Under the pieces are notes generated by a model. That model saw nothing but the letters and a program-made list of their open reading frames with translations. It ran no database searches and was not told the origin of the DNA. A program made the position numbers and the translations under genes. From positions 1 through 47,931 of IMG/VR virus record IMGVR_UViG_3300032225_001407: 47,931 nucleotides of DNA; one strand, given 5' to 3'. Below are positions 8,946 to 18,038 of the stretch, in pieces (the stretch's first letter is position 1; every line of letters begins with the position of its first letter). The stretch is from a virus (Duplodnaviria > Caudoviricetes).

Positions 8946-11900
8946 ATGGCAGATATCACACCCGCTCGTAAATTATTTGATCTACTGGTCAGTAGAGATT
9001 TTGACCCAGAAATGCTGGACAGTTCTGGTAAACCTGCATCCGACCCTGCAGAAACTGAAATATACAGTTTTGACTTTGTTGCTCACTCGGGCAAAGATTA
9101 TGGCACAGTAGTTGTCATGCTGGGTGACGACAACGATCTTGAAGTTTATTGTTCTGACAATGTGGGACGTAGCATGGAAGGTGACGACAAAAACGACTGG
9201 TTCAGTTTCTTGGAACAGTTGAAAAATTTTGCCGTTAGAAACTTCATGAGTTTTGGCATTAAAAATTTGAATCGTTTACGTTACAGTATGCAAGGCCAAG
9301 CAGCCATCAAAGAAGGCCTGTTTGAAAGTTGGACTGGTAACAGAACAACCAGTTGGAATGGCGCCGCAACCGAAGCTAGACTGATGATTCGCCATAAAAA
9401 GAATATTGCCGAAGGTGATGCTCGTTTCCGTTACATTGAAAGCCTGTTTATTGAAACAGCCGACAGTGAACGTTACAAGTTACCGTTTAAAAGCTTAACT
9501 GGCGGCCGTGCCATGTTAGAGCATGTGCGTCAAGGTGGACGTCCGTATGATGGTCGTGGCAATCATATCAGCGAAATGGTCACAGAATTAAATGTGCTAA
9601 GCCGTTTTCGCAGAGCCAATCAAGGACAAATCTTTGAAGGTGACACTCAACAACTATTAGAACAAGTTCAAGAGTATCAAGCAAACTTGCAACGCAGTCT
9701 CAAAGGGCTTGGTACCCGGACTGGATACGCAACATATTTTGAATCATGGAGTCCGGCTGAGATTTCAGAGCAAGACGTAGTGATTGAAAGTTTAAAGAAT
9801 CTTTTTGTCAAGCAAAGCATTGACACAAGAATTGAGTCGGCACTTCCCTTGCTGGCCAAAATACAACAACAAGGAACTGAAATGAAAGAAGCCAACATAT
9901 TTGAAGCATGGGTTGAACGCCTAGCAGAAGGAACCTGGGCATTACCAGATACTCCAGAAAAGCAAGACCAATTGATTGAGCTGTTGAGTACGGACTTGCC
10001 AGTAGGAGCCGATGCTACCAATGCCACTGAACAACTGTATGATCTTGTTGGCGACGATCAGTTGTTTGATCAGTTGGGCGAATTAGCTGACCGTGATGCC
10101 AATGCTGATGCACGTCAGGTGATCATGGATCGACTACAAGAACTCAGTGACTTTCCTGAAGTGCGTACGGTATTAGATCAATTGCAAATTGATCCTACTG
10201 CAGAAATGAATCCGCCCGAAGCAACTAATCCTGCTGATCTTGAACCATCTGAGTTAGATGAAATTGATATGAACACTGTGACTCATGCGATCAACGCATT
10301 AAATCCAGTAACTGGTGCTCTTGCAGGTGCAGCAATTGGTAAAGGTATTGAAAAAACTGCTGACTGGTATAAAAAGAGAAAAGAAGAAAAAGCAATGAAG
10401 GCCATGCGTAAATCTGCTGGCTTGAATGAAAATGTTCTTACCGACAGCACAGGTTCTACATTCCAGCATATCCTTAACACATTTAAACGTGATGTCAAGG
10501 ACTTTGAAGAAACCGGTGAAATCAGTGATGAACTGCACAATGCCCTGTATGACTATTACTTTGACGACATGCCATATGGTACTAAAAAAGCCCGCGATGG
10601 CGATCCATATGAATGGGTAGCTGATCGTTTTGGTGCAGACTTAGGCATTAGTGGTTATGGTGGCAACAGTCCTAGTGTACCGGACGAAGATTACGGAATG
10701 GAACGTGAAAGTGTGGGCGACTATGCCGACGAATATCAAGACTCGTTATCAGGTATATTAAAAATTGCTGGTGTGCCGGCTAAACAACGCCCAGCACCCG
10801 AATACGATCATGCCGGTATGGAAGAAAACAAAGAAAATTCAACCGGTCAAATTGTTAAAAAACTATTAGATCCAGTAGCACAAGGCCTAGGTGGTGGCGG
10901 AAAATCTTTAAGTATTCCATTGGTAGGCGAAGAAGAAACTGATGAAGGCATTCTTGGCACATTAGGCGGCGGCGCAATTGGTACAATGTTAGGCGGACCA
11001 CTTGGCGGCATCGTTGGTGCTGGATTAGGTCAACACCTCACCAAGGGCGGATCTGCGTTAGTTGAAAAAGACGATGAAGAAGATGACGATAGTATCAATC
11101 CTATTGTTCCAGCTTTAGCTGGCGGCGCACTAGGGTATGCCGCAGGGTCTGGTGCTCTAGATGGAATTGGTAGCTCAATTGGCAGCGCCTTAAGCGGCCT
11201 TGTTGGTGAACAAGAAACCGACGAAGGTTGGAAAGGTGCTGCAGTAGGCGGAGCACTCGGAACAGTTGGAGGCGAGATGGCAGGTTCTGCGTTAGGACCA
11301 ATTGGTCGCGCAGTCGGTGGAGCACTTGGCGGAACTGCAGGAACAATGATCGGCGACAAACTAGGCGGACCAGACGAAGAAGACGAAGAAGACGAAGAAG
11401 ACGAATTAATCAAAATGAAAAAAGCCGCCGGAATTCATGAAGATGAACAATTAAATGAATTCATTGGCCCAGCTCTAGCCGCTGGCGCCAGGGCATTGAT
11501 GCCGTTACTATCAAAAATTGGCCCGGCAATAGGTAAGATGGCCGGGCAAGGAGCACAAGTGGCCGGACAGGCAGCTAAATCTGCAGCTCCGGTGGTTGGT
11601 CAAGTGGCCAAACAAGGTGCACAAGCAGTTGGTCAAGTGGCCAAACAAGGTGCAGAGATAGCCGCCAAAAATGCAGTGCCAATCGGTGTTGGAGTTGGTG
11701 CTTACCAAGGTATCACAGACTTGGCAAGCAGTCTAGGTACCGGAGTAGGCGAAGTATATCACGACATTGGATCGGCCGCTGAGGCAATTACCAAAGCCGT
11801 AGGCACCGCAGTTGACGGAAAAACTATTGGAGATTTGGCATCAGCCGCAGTAAAGTATGCAATACCGATTGGATTATTACTAGCTCTGTTATACGGTGGC

Positions 11901-12359
11901 AAAAAACTTATTGACGCAATTTTAGGCGAAAATCAAGAACAAACCGACGAAGGCTTAGTAGGTGCCGCACTTGGTGGAATTGGCGGAGCATTAGTAGGCG
12001 GCCCAGCCGGAGCAATTCGTGGAGCATCAATAGGCAATTCTATTGGTGATGCAATGGGCGGCGGTACCACCGATGAAGCAATTGATCCTAAAAATCCTAG
12101 AGATTATGAACGGCCAACTATTCAACGTAACAAACAAGGCCAAGCACCGTTAACTCGCAAAGACGTTGAACAAAAGGATCGCAAAGCCGAATTTGATTTC
12201 TATCAACGTGCCCACGGCAAGCCACATCCAGATTCAGCCACTAAAGAAAGTCGTTCGTCTTTGGCCGGGCAGTATGGACATTCTGGTAAAATGCAAGCAG
12301 TAGACAAAGATACCAGCTTTTTGGACCGGCTCAAAGAACTTTCTGGAATGAAGAAGTAA
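8946..12359 (+). CDS. 1137-aa virion-associated modular protein with glycine-zipper/amphipathic cassettes, putative polyprotein
   Basis: Globular-looking N-terminal ~430 aa, then segments bounded by LDE/LNE/MEE/TDE sites. GxxxG-rich hydrophobic modules at 10947-12077. TAAATA 7 nt upstream of the ATG. Confidence 0.7.
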   Translation: MADITPARKLFDLLVSRDFDPEMLDSSGKPASDPAETEIYSFDFVAHSGKDYGTVVVMLGDDNDLEVYCSDNVGRSMEGDDKNDWFSFLEQLKNFAVRNFMSFGIKNLNRLRYSMQGQAAIKEGLFESWTGNRTTSWNGAATEARLMIRHKKNIAEGDARFRYIESLFIETADSERYKLPFKSLTGGRAMLEHVRQGGRPYDGRGNHISEMVTELNVLSRFRRANQGQIFEGDTQQLLEQVQEYQANLQRSLKGLGTRTGYATYFESWSPAEISEQDVVIESLKNLFVKQSIDTRIESALPLLAKIQQQGTEMKEANIFEAWVERLAEGTWALPDTPEKQDQLIELLSTDLPVGADATNATEQLYDLVGDDQLFDQLGELADRDANADARQVIMDRLQELSDFPEVRTVLDQLQIDPTAEMNPPEATNPADLEPSELDEIDMNTVTHAINALNPVTGALAGAAIGKGIEKTADWYKKRKEEKAMKAMRKSAGLNENVLTDSTGSTFQHILNTFKRDVKDFEETGEISDELHNALYDYYFDDMPYGTKKARDGDPYEWVADRFGADLGISGYGGNSPSVPDEDYGMERESVGDYADEYQDSLSGILKIAGVPAKQRPAPEYDHAGMEENKENSTGQIVKKLLDPVAQGLGGGGKSLSIPLVGEEETDEGILGTLGGGAIGTMLGGPLGGIVGAGLGQHLTKGGSALVEKDDEEDDDSINPIVPALAGGALGYAAGSGALDGIGSSIGSALSGLVGEQETDEGWKGAAVGGALGTVGGEMAGSALGPIGRAVGGALGGTAGTMIGDKLGGPDEEDEEDEEDELIKMKKAAGIHEDEQLNEFIGPALAAGARALMPLLSKIGPAIGKMAGQGAQVAGQAAKSAAPVVGQVAKQGAQAVGQVAKQGAEIAAKNAVPIGVGVGAYQGITDLASSLGTGVGEVYHDIGSAAEAITKAVGTAVDGKTIGDLASAAVKYAIPIGLLLALLYGGKKLIDAILGENQEQTDEGLVGAALGGIGGALVGGPAGAIRGASIGNSIGDAMGGGTTDEAIDPKNPRDYERPTIQRNKQGQAPLTRKDVEQKDRKAEFDFYQRAHGKPHPDSATKESRSSLAGQYGHSGKMQAVDKDTSFLDRLKELSGMKK
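11373..11405 (+). repeat. 9-nt tandem repeat (GACGAAGAA)x3.7 encoding DEEDEEDEEDE
   Basis: Read directly in the sequence. Confidence 0.9.
11595..11654 (+). repeat. Direct repeat with 33-nt period (27 nt identical) encoding VGQVAKQGA twice
   Basis: GTTGGTCAAGTGGCCAAACAAGGTGCA at 11595-11621 and 11628-11654. Confidence 0.9.
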
Positions 12360-12393
12360 TTTTACAATTAGAACAACCGCGTCATAAATACAC

Positions 12394-12422
12394 TTGACGC
12401 TAAGAAATAAAGCGTATATACT
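12394..12422 (+). promoter_or_regulatory. Sigma70-type promoter for the gp32-like gene
   Basis: TTGACG-17 nt-TATACT. Confidence 0.7.
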
Positions 12423-12444
12423 AACCCTAGTGTATGCGCTTTTT
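12409..12444 (+). terminator. Intrinsic terminator-like hairpin overlapping the gp32 promoter -10 box
   Basis: AAAGCGTATATACT-aaccct-AGTGTATGCGCTTT (14 bp, 2 G-U pairs), ending in a T5 run. Confidence 0.6.
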
Positions 12445-12521
12445 ACATTAGCATCACAGGCAACTCGATCTAAATTTTTAGATAGGCAACATAGTAAACA
12501 AACTTTGAAAGGCAACTAACT

Positions 12522-13511
12522 ATGGCATCTTTAGCAGACATCCGTGCGAGACTCGCACAATCAGAAGGTAACAAACAAGGCGGCAATTCCACAGGTGGCG
12601 ATAATGCAATTTACCCACACTGGAACATGGAAGAAGGCGCTTCCGCAACACTCCGATTCCTTCCAGACGGCAACACCAAGAACACATTCTTTTGGCAAGA
12701 ACGAGCAATGATTCGTTTGCCATTTAATGGTGTCAAAGGTGAAATGGAATCCAAACAGGTATATGTCCAAGTTCCATGCGTGGAAATGTGGGGCGAAACT
12801 TGTCCAGTGCTTACAGAAGTTCGCACTTGGTTCAAAGACAAATCATTGGAAGAAATGGGTCGTAAGTATTGGAAAAAACGCAGTTACATTTTCCAAGGCT
12901 TTGTGCGTGAGAACCCATTAGGCGACGACAAGACTCCAGAGAATCCAATCCGTAGATTTATCATTGGTCCTCAAATCTTTACCACTATCAAAGGTGCGTT
13001 GATGGATCCAGAGTTGGAAGAATTGCCAACTGACTACTTGCGTGGCCTGGACTTCCGTATTAGCAAAGGCTCCAAAGGTGGCTTTGCTGACTACAACGGT
13101 AGCAAGTGGGCCCGTAAAGAAACAGCACTTACCGAAGCTGAACAGGCTGCAATTGAGAAACATGGTCTTTTTGACTTGAGCACATTCATGCCTAAGAAAC
13201 CCGGCGAAGTTGAACTCAAAGTTATCAAGGAAATGTTTGAAGCCTCAGTTGACGGTCAAAGCTATGACACAGAACGTTGGGGTCAGTATTTCCGCCCGGC
13301 CGGTGTTAATGCTCCAGCAGGTACAGCATCAGTAACAGCATCTGCTAGTGAAGATGCTCCAGCAACTGTAGCCAAACCAGCACCAGCGGCGACAAGTGAC
13401 TTTGATGATGAGGAACCAGCGGCAACAACTGCTCCAGTGGAAGCTAAACCAGCATCCAGTGACAAGGCTCAAGACATCTTGGCAATGATCAGGGCCCGTC
13501 AAAAAGCGTAA
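12522..13511 (+). CDS. Single-stranded DNA-binding protein (T4 gp32-like)
   Basis: LRFLPD, C...GETCPV, KYWKKRSY, GPQIF, GLDFRISK..KGGFADY..SKW, acidic/Ala-rich tail. Confidence 0.9.
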   Translation: MASLADIRARLAQSEGNKQGGNSTGGDNAIYPHWNMEEGASATLRFLPDGNTKNTFFWQERAMIRLPFNGVKGEMESKQVYVQVPCVEMWGETCPVLTEVRTWFKDKSLEEMGRKYWKKRSYIFQGFVRENPLGDDKTPENPIRRFIIGPQIFTTIKGALMDPELEELPTDYLRGLDFRISKGSKGGFADYNGSKWARKETALTEAEQAAIEKHGLFDLSTFMPKKPGEVELKVIKEMFEASVDGQSYDTERWGQYFRPAGVNAPAGTASVTASASEDAPATVAKPAPAATSDFDDEEPAATTAPVEAKPASSDKAQDILAMIRARQKA

Positions 13512-13514
13512 CAA

Positions 13515-14174
13515 ATGCTATCGCATTTAGATCGCACGTTGTTTCCAGACCGCTGTGAGGTAATTGAAGTCGTACCCTCACAGCGGTATGTCTATGTTAT
13601 TTTTAAAAATGGACATACTAGTTTCTTTACGCCGCAAAAAAAGAACAGCTGGCCGATACGGATCAATCAACAGATTCAACGAATCAACACAATCGATGTA
13701 ATCATAAGAAATCCCGAAGATAGATTAATCTCTGGAATCAACACATTTATACAACATACCTTAAGAGACAATCCCAATCTTGATCCGCATACTGTGGAAT
13801 GGTTTGCTTTGAATTACATATCATTGAACCGTCATTATGCTTCACAATTTGCGTGGTTATTAAATTTAGCAAGATATTTAAATCCTGATGCAACGTTGAA
13901 CTTTTTACCAATGAGTGCCGTTGGGGAAATCACCGGAAGGAATTCAAAACCTGAAGGAGTTTTTCCGGCCAATGTGGCATTGATAGAAAAAGTTTTTGCA
14001 ATAAAAAACAACGAAATGTATCAACGAATAGATACAGCAGTATTTGAATGTATTGGACAACAGTTGACGTTTAAAGAATTATTACAACATATCAAAACCT
14101 CTGATACTGCGGCATACGAGTATGTGATTGAGTATGCACAACAAATTTTAAATCCAACCTATGTATTGTCCTAG
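13515..14174 (+). CDS. Sulfotransferase family 2-like protein
   Basis: IFKNGHTS (5'-PSB-like), IIRNPEDRLISG (3'-PB-like), RHY.SQ. Confidence 0.65.
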   Translation: MLSHLDRTLFPDRCEVIEVVPSQRYVYVIFKNGHTSFFTPQKKNSWPIRINQQIQRINTIDVIIRNPEDRLISGINTFIQHTLRDNPNLDPHTVEWFALNYISLNRHYASQFAWLLNLARYLNPDATLNFLPMSAVGEITGRNSKPEGVFPANVALIEKVFAIKNNEMYQRIDTAVFECIGQQLTFKELLQHIKTSDTAAYEYVIEYAQQILNPTYVLS

Positions 14175-15036
14175 ACTAGATCATTTTGTCCGCTTTAATC
14201 CCAATGGCACAGTTAGCCGCTGCGGTCACATGGTCAATGCACCTCAATTTGACTCATTGGCGGACATGGAATCAAGTATGTGGTTGGCCAAAACAAAAGA
14301 AAAAATGTCTAGTGGTCAGTGGCCCAGTGAGTGCATTAGATGCCAAGAAACCGAACCTGACAGCATACGAGCGTATGCTACAGAATTAGATAATCAAACT
14401 GCTCAAGAAGATTACTTACAAGTGGGCGGAGTGTTGGATAATTTATGCAATGCTGCTTGTCAGACTTGCAATGAAAATTTAAGCAGTAGAATAGGAAGTT
14501 TGAATGGACCTGGATTTCCTATCATTAACAATATTGATCAATTCTGGAGCCTACCGCAAGAACGAATTGTTCATCTAGATATCAACGGTGGTGAGCCAAG
14601 CTATAGTAAAAATTATAAACGACTACTGGCAAACTTACCACCTAATCTTCGAACGCTAAGGCTCAATACAAATTGTAGCACAGTATTGACCGAACTAGTT
14701 GACATTGCCAATCGTGGCATTGCAGTTACAGTAACAGTAAGTTGCGATGGTATTGGCACAGTTCATGATTTTGTTCGATGGCCGATTCCTTGGCAAGATT
14801 TTTATCGCAACCTAATGACATATAAAACAATGCCTGTGACATTGAACCTATGGACAACGGTCAGTGTATTGAATGTTGACGATTTGCCAAATATTCAACA
14901 GTTTGCCAAAGAGCACGGATTTGATCACAGCTATGCTTACTTAAAAACACCTGTTGAACTAAGTGTTGATAATACAGACATTGGTATTAGAGATGCATAT
15001 ATAGCAAAACAAAAACAACTCAGAGGCATAGTATGA
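14161..15036 (+). CDS. Radical SAM protein with N-terminal twitch-like domain
   Basis: YCP...PNGTVSRC...CIRC, CNAACQTC, GGEP, NTN, SCDG. Confidence 0.88.
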   Translation: MYCPRLDHFVRFNPNGTVSRCGHMVNAPQFDSLADMESSMWLAKTKEKMSSGQWPSECIRCQETEPDSIRAYATELDNQTAQEDYLQVGGVLDNLCNAACQTCNENLSSRIGSLNGPGFPIINNIDQFWSLPQERIVHLDINGGEPSYSKNYKRLLANLPPNLRTLRLNTNCSTVLTELVDIANRGIAVTVTVSCDGIGTVHDFVRWPIPWQDFYRNLMTYKTMPVTLNLWTTVSVLNVDDLPNIQQFAKEHGFDHSYAYLKTPVELSVDNTDIGIRDAYIAKQKQLRGIV

Positions 15037-15578
15037 AAATAGCAATTACCGGACATACCGCAGGCATAGGTCAAGCTCTAGCCGAAGAATATCAACTGGA
15101 TGGTCATGACGTTTTAGGGCTTAGTCAGCGTGAAGGCAACAACATTCGTAATACACCCAAGATTTGTGATCAGATTGAACCTTGCGATGTTTTTATTAAC
15201 AATGCACAAGCTGGATATGCACAAACAGAATTGTTATTTGAAATGGCTCAACGTTGGTCGGGTACCGGCAAACAAATCATTGTAATTAGTACCATGATGA
15301 CTCAAGAACCTGTGTCGTCATTGACCGGGTTAGGTATGGACCATTATCGATTGCAGAAGGTCGCACTCGAAGAAGCAGTGCGTCAAATACGACATCGCCG
15401 ACTTGGATTAAAGATTACACTAGTTCGTCCTGGCAATATTGCCACAAGCCCAGATAAAACTGTGCCACCTGCAGCTGATGTTAACAATTGGGCAAGAACA
15501 TTGTTAGACCTATTGGATATGGCCACAAATAATAATTTAACGATTCCAGATATATCATTGGGGCCGTTGAATCGATGA
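15033..15578 (+). CDS. Short-chain dehydrogenase/reductase
   Basis: ITGHTAGIG Rossmann motif, INNA, YRLQK (YxxxK), VRPG. Confidence 0.85.
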   Translation: MKIAITGHTAGIGQALAEEYQLDGHDVLGLSQREGNNIRNTPKICDQIEPCDVFINNAQAGYAQTELLFEMAQRWSGTGKQIIVISTMMTQEPVSSLTGLGMDHYRLQKVALEEAVRQIRHRRLGLKITLVRPGNIATSPDKTVPPAADVNNWARTLLDLLDMATNNNLTIPDISLGPLNR

Positions 15579-16720
15579 ATCCAAAAGATATTCTAACAAA
15601 CAAACATTTTTGTCCTATGCCTTGGACTGGACTAATGTATAACTTTGATGGCCGAGTAAAAAATTGTATTCGCAGTGCTAGCGGATTAGGTAATATTAAA
15701 GATACTGCTATTGAAGAAATACTGTTAGGACCAACTAACATAACTAAACAAACCAATATAACAAATAATCAACCGGCCAATGGCTGTCATACTTGTTACG
15801 ATTTAGAACACGGCAAAGAAGGTTTTGATATTATCAGCGACAGAATTTTTTACATACGAGAATTTAAAAAAACATCACTGGATACTTATCGACCAAATAA
15901 CTTTGATTTACAGACCATTGATGTGCGCTGGACCAATTTATGTAATCTTGCCTGCGTATATTGTGGGCCAGAATTCAGCAGCAAATGGGCCGATGAGTTG
16001 AACAAAAAAATAGAACGGCCAACCGAACAACAACAAACGGATTTTAAAGAATACATTTATCGCCACGCTAAAAATCTTAAACATGTGTATCTAGCCGGCG
16101 GCGAACCCTTGTTGATGAAGGAAAATTTAGACTTGCTCAAAGAGTTAAACCCTGATGTAAATCTCAGGATAAACACTAATCTCAGCAAAGTTGATACCGG
16201 GGTGTTTGATGCCATATGCAAATTTAAAAATGTTCATTGGACAATAAGTGCAGAGACCATGGAAGATGAATTTGAATACATACGATTTGGTGGCCGGTGG
16301 CAAGATTTTTTAGATAATTTAAACACAATTAGAAAACTTGATCACAAGATAAGTTTTAACATGTTATGGTTTCTTTTGAATTATGACTCGGTATTTGGAT
16401 ATGTAGATTATCTTAAAGGGTTAGGATTTCATAACAACAGTTTTGTTATTGGAGCACTGCTAACTCCTGATTACCTAAACATTAGACATTTACCAGAAAA
16501 TGTGTTAAACTTGTTAAAGACAAAATTGGAATCGCGAATCAACGAAAATCCTGGATATCTACTTGAAGATAGTTATCGTAATATGTTACACTATATTGCA
16601 CAACCAGTAGAAAAGAATCTAGCAAATTCGTTTGAACAACTGGCCGCGATGGATCAGCGGCGTGGGGTAGACAGCAGTAAGATTTTTACAGAATTATACA
16701 AACTTAAAGAAGGAAAGTAA
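15575..16720 (+). CDS. Radical SAM protein with N-terminal twitch-like domain
   Basis: FCPMPW...DGRVKNC...CHTC, CNLACVYC, GGEP, NTN, FEYIRFG. Confidence 0.92.
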   Translation: MNPKDILTNKHFCPMPWTGLMYNFDGRVKNCIRSASGLGNIKDTAIEEILLGPTNITKQTNITNNQPANGCHTCYDLEHGKEGFDIISDRIFYIREFKKTSLDTYRPNNFDLQTIDVRWTNLCNLACVYCGPEFSSKWADELNKKIERPTEQQQTDFKEYIYRHAKNLKHVYLAGGEPLLMKENLDLLKELNPDVNLRINTNLSKVDTGVFDAICKFKNVHWTISAETMEDEFEYIRFGGRWQDFLDNLNTIRKLDHKISFNMLWFLLNYDSVFGYVDYLKGLGFHNNSFVIGALLTPDYLNIRHLPENVLNLLKTKLESRINENPGYLLEDSYRNMLHYIAQPVEKNLANSFEQLAAMDQRRGVDSSKIFTELYKLKEGK

Positions 16721-16722
16721 TC

Positions 16723-17781
16723 ATGGCAAAACCATTTGACATCAGCAAGTTCCGCAAGGACATCACTAAAAGTATTGAAGGACTAAGCATTGGATTCAAT
16801 GATCCAACTGACTGGATTTCAACAGGCAATTTTGCCTTGAATTACCTTATCAGTGGAGATTTCAATCGAGGTATTCCGCTAGGTAAGATTACAGTATTTG
16901 CCGGCGAATCCGGAGCAGGCAAGAGTTACATTTGTTCGGGTAACATTGTTAAGAACGCACAGGAACAAGGTATTTTTGTTATCTTAGTTGATACAGAAAA
17001 TGCACTAGACGAAACATGGCTACACGCACTTGGTGTAGATACAGGCCCAGACAAGTTGCTCAAATTGAACATGAGCATGATCGACGACGTGGCCAAAGCC
17101 ATTTCAACATTCATGATTGACTACAAAGCCTTGCCTGATGGCGAACGTATGAAGGTGTTGTGGGTAATCGACTCGTTGGGTATGTTGCTTACTCCAACTG
17201 ACGTTAATCAATTTGAAGCAGGCGACATGAAAGGCGATATGGGCCGTAAGCCCAAAGCACTTACAGCACTGGTTCGCAATTCAGTCAACATGTTTGGTGG
17301 TTTCAATGTTGGAATGGTTTGTACGAATCATACCTATGCCAGCCAAGACATGTTTGACCCAGATGACAAGATTTCGGGTGGTCAAGGCTTTATCTATGCA
17401 TCAAGTATTGTGGTTGCTATGAAGAAAATGAAGCTCAAAGAGGACGAAGAAGGTAACAAAATTAGTGAAGTCATGGGTATCCGTGCCGGTTGTAAAGTAA
17501 TGAAGACTCGTTATGCAAAACCGTTTGAAGGCATGCAGGTCAAGATTCCATATGAAACAGGCATGAATCCCTACAGTGGACTTACTGATTTAGCAGAGAA
17601 AAAAGGCCTGCTCAAGAAGGACGGCAATCGTTTGATGTTCGTCACTAGCGAAGGCGAGATAATTAAACAGTTCCGCAAGGCTTGGGAATCAAACGAAGAT
17701 GGTTGTTTGGACAAAGTAATGCTGGATTTTAAAAATCAAAAAGAAACAGTAACCACTGAAGAAACAGCAACGGAGGAATAA
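16723..17781 (+). CDS. uvsX: RecA-like recombinase (UvsX)
   Basis: ISTGNFALN, Walker A GESGAGKS, DTENA, VIDSLG, TNHTY, ISGGQGFIYASS. Confidence 0.93.
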   Translation: MAKPFDISKFRKDITKSIEGLSIGFNDPTDWISTGNFALNYLISGDFNRGIPLGKITVFAGESGAGKSYICSGNIVKNAQEQGIFVILVDTENALDETWLHALGVDTGPDKLLKLNMSMIDDVAKAISTFMIDYKALPDGERMKVLWVIDSLGMLLTPTDVNQFEAGDMKGDMGRKPKALTALVRNSVNMFGGFNVGMVCTNHTYASQDMFDPDDKISGGQGFIYASSIVVAMKKMKLKEDEEGNKISEVMGIRAGCKVMKTRYAKPFEGMQVKIPYETGMNPYSGLTDLAEKKGLLKKDGNRLMFVTSEGEIIKQFRKAWESNEDGCLDKVMLDFKNQKETVTTEETATEE

Positions 17782-17783
17782 CA

Positions 17784-18038
17784 ATGTCAGTCGAATTAGC
17801 AAACGAAATTTGGTCAGAACTTAAACGATATGTTAACACAGTAGATCGTGATGAAGCGGCAGAAACACTAGTATCAGTGTTGATTGACAACGATGTTGCC
17901 GCCGATGAAATTAAAGCAGTTTTTAAAAGTGATAGCGATGTTAAAAAAGCATTGACCAGCTACCTAAGAGATCATGATAAGATTGAAGAGGAAGTTGATG
18001 ACGAAGATTATGATGAAGACGAGGACTGGGAAAATTAA
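17784..18038 (+). CDS. Small acidic hypothetical protein
   Basis: Coupled between uvsX and uvsY, GGAGG RBS, acidic C-terminus. Confidence 0.7.
   Translation: MSVELANEIWSELKRYVNTVDRDEAAETLVSVLIDNDVAADEIKAVFKSDSDVKKALTSYLRDHDKIEEEVDDEDYDEDEDWEN

Noticed and set aside
11030-11413. Minus-strand Ser/Pro-rich 127-aa ORF and the Arg-run ORF 11228-11440 (+)
   Set aside because: Shadow frames of the Gly/Asp/Glu-rich repeats in the 1137-aa gene; no promoter or RBS.
12458-12516. Regularly spaced AGGCAAC repeats as a mini-CRISPR array
   Set aside because: 7-nt repeats with 19-nt spacers are too short and there are no cas genes; treated as a leader operator instead.
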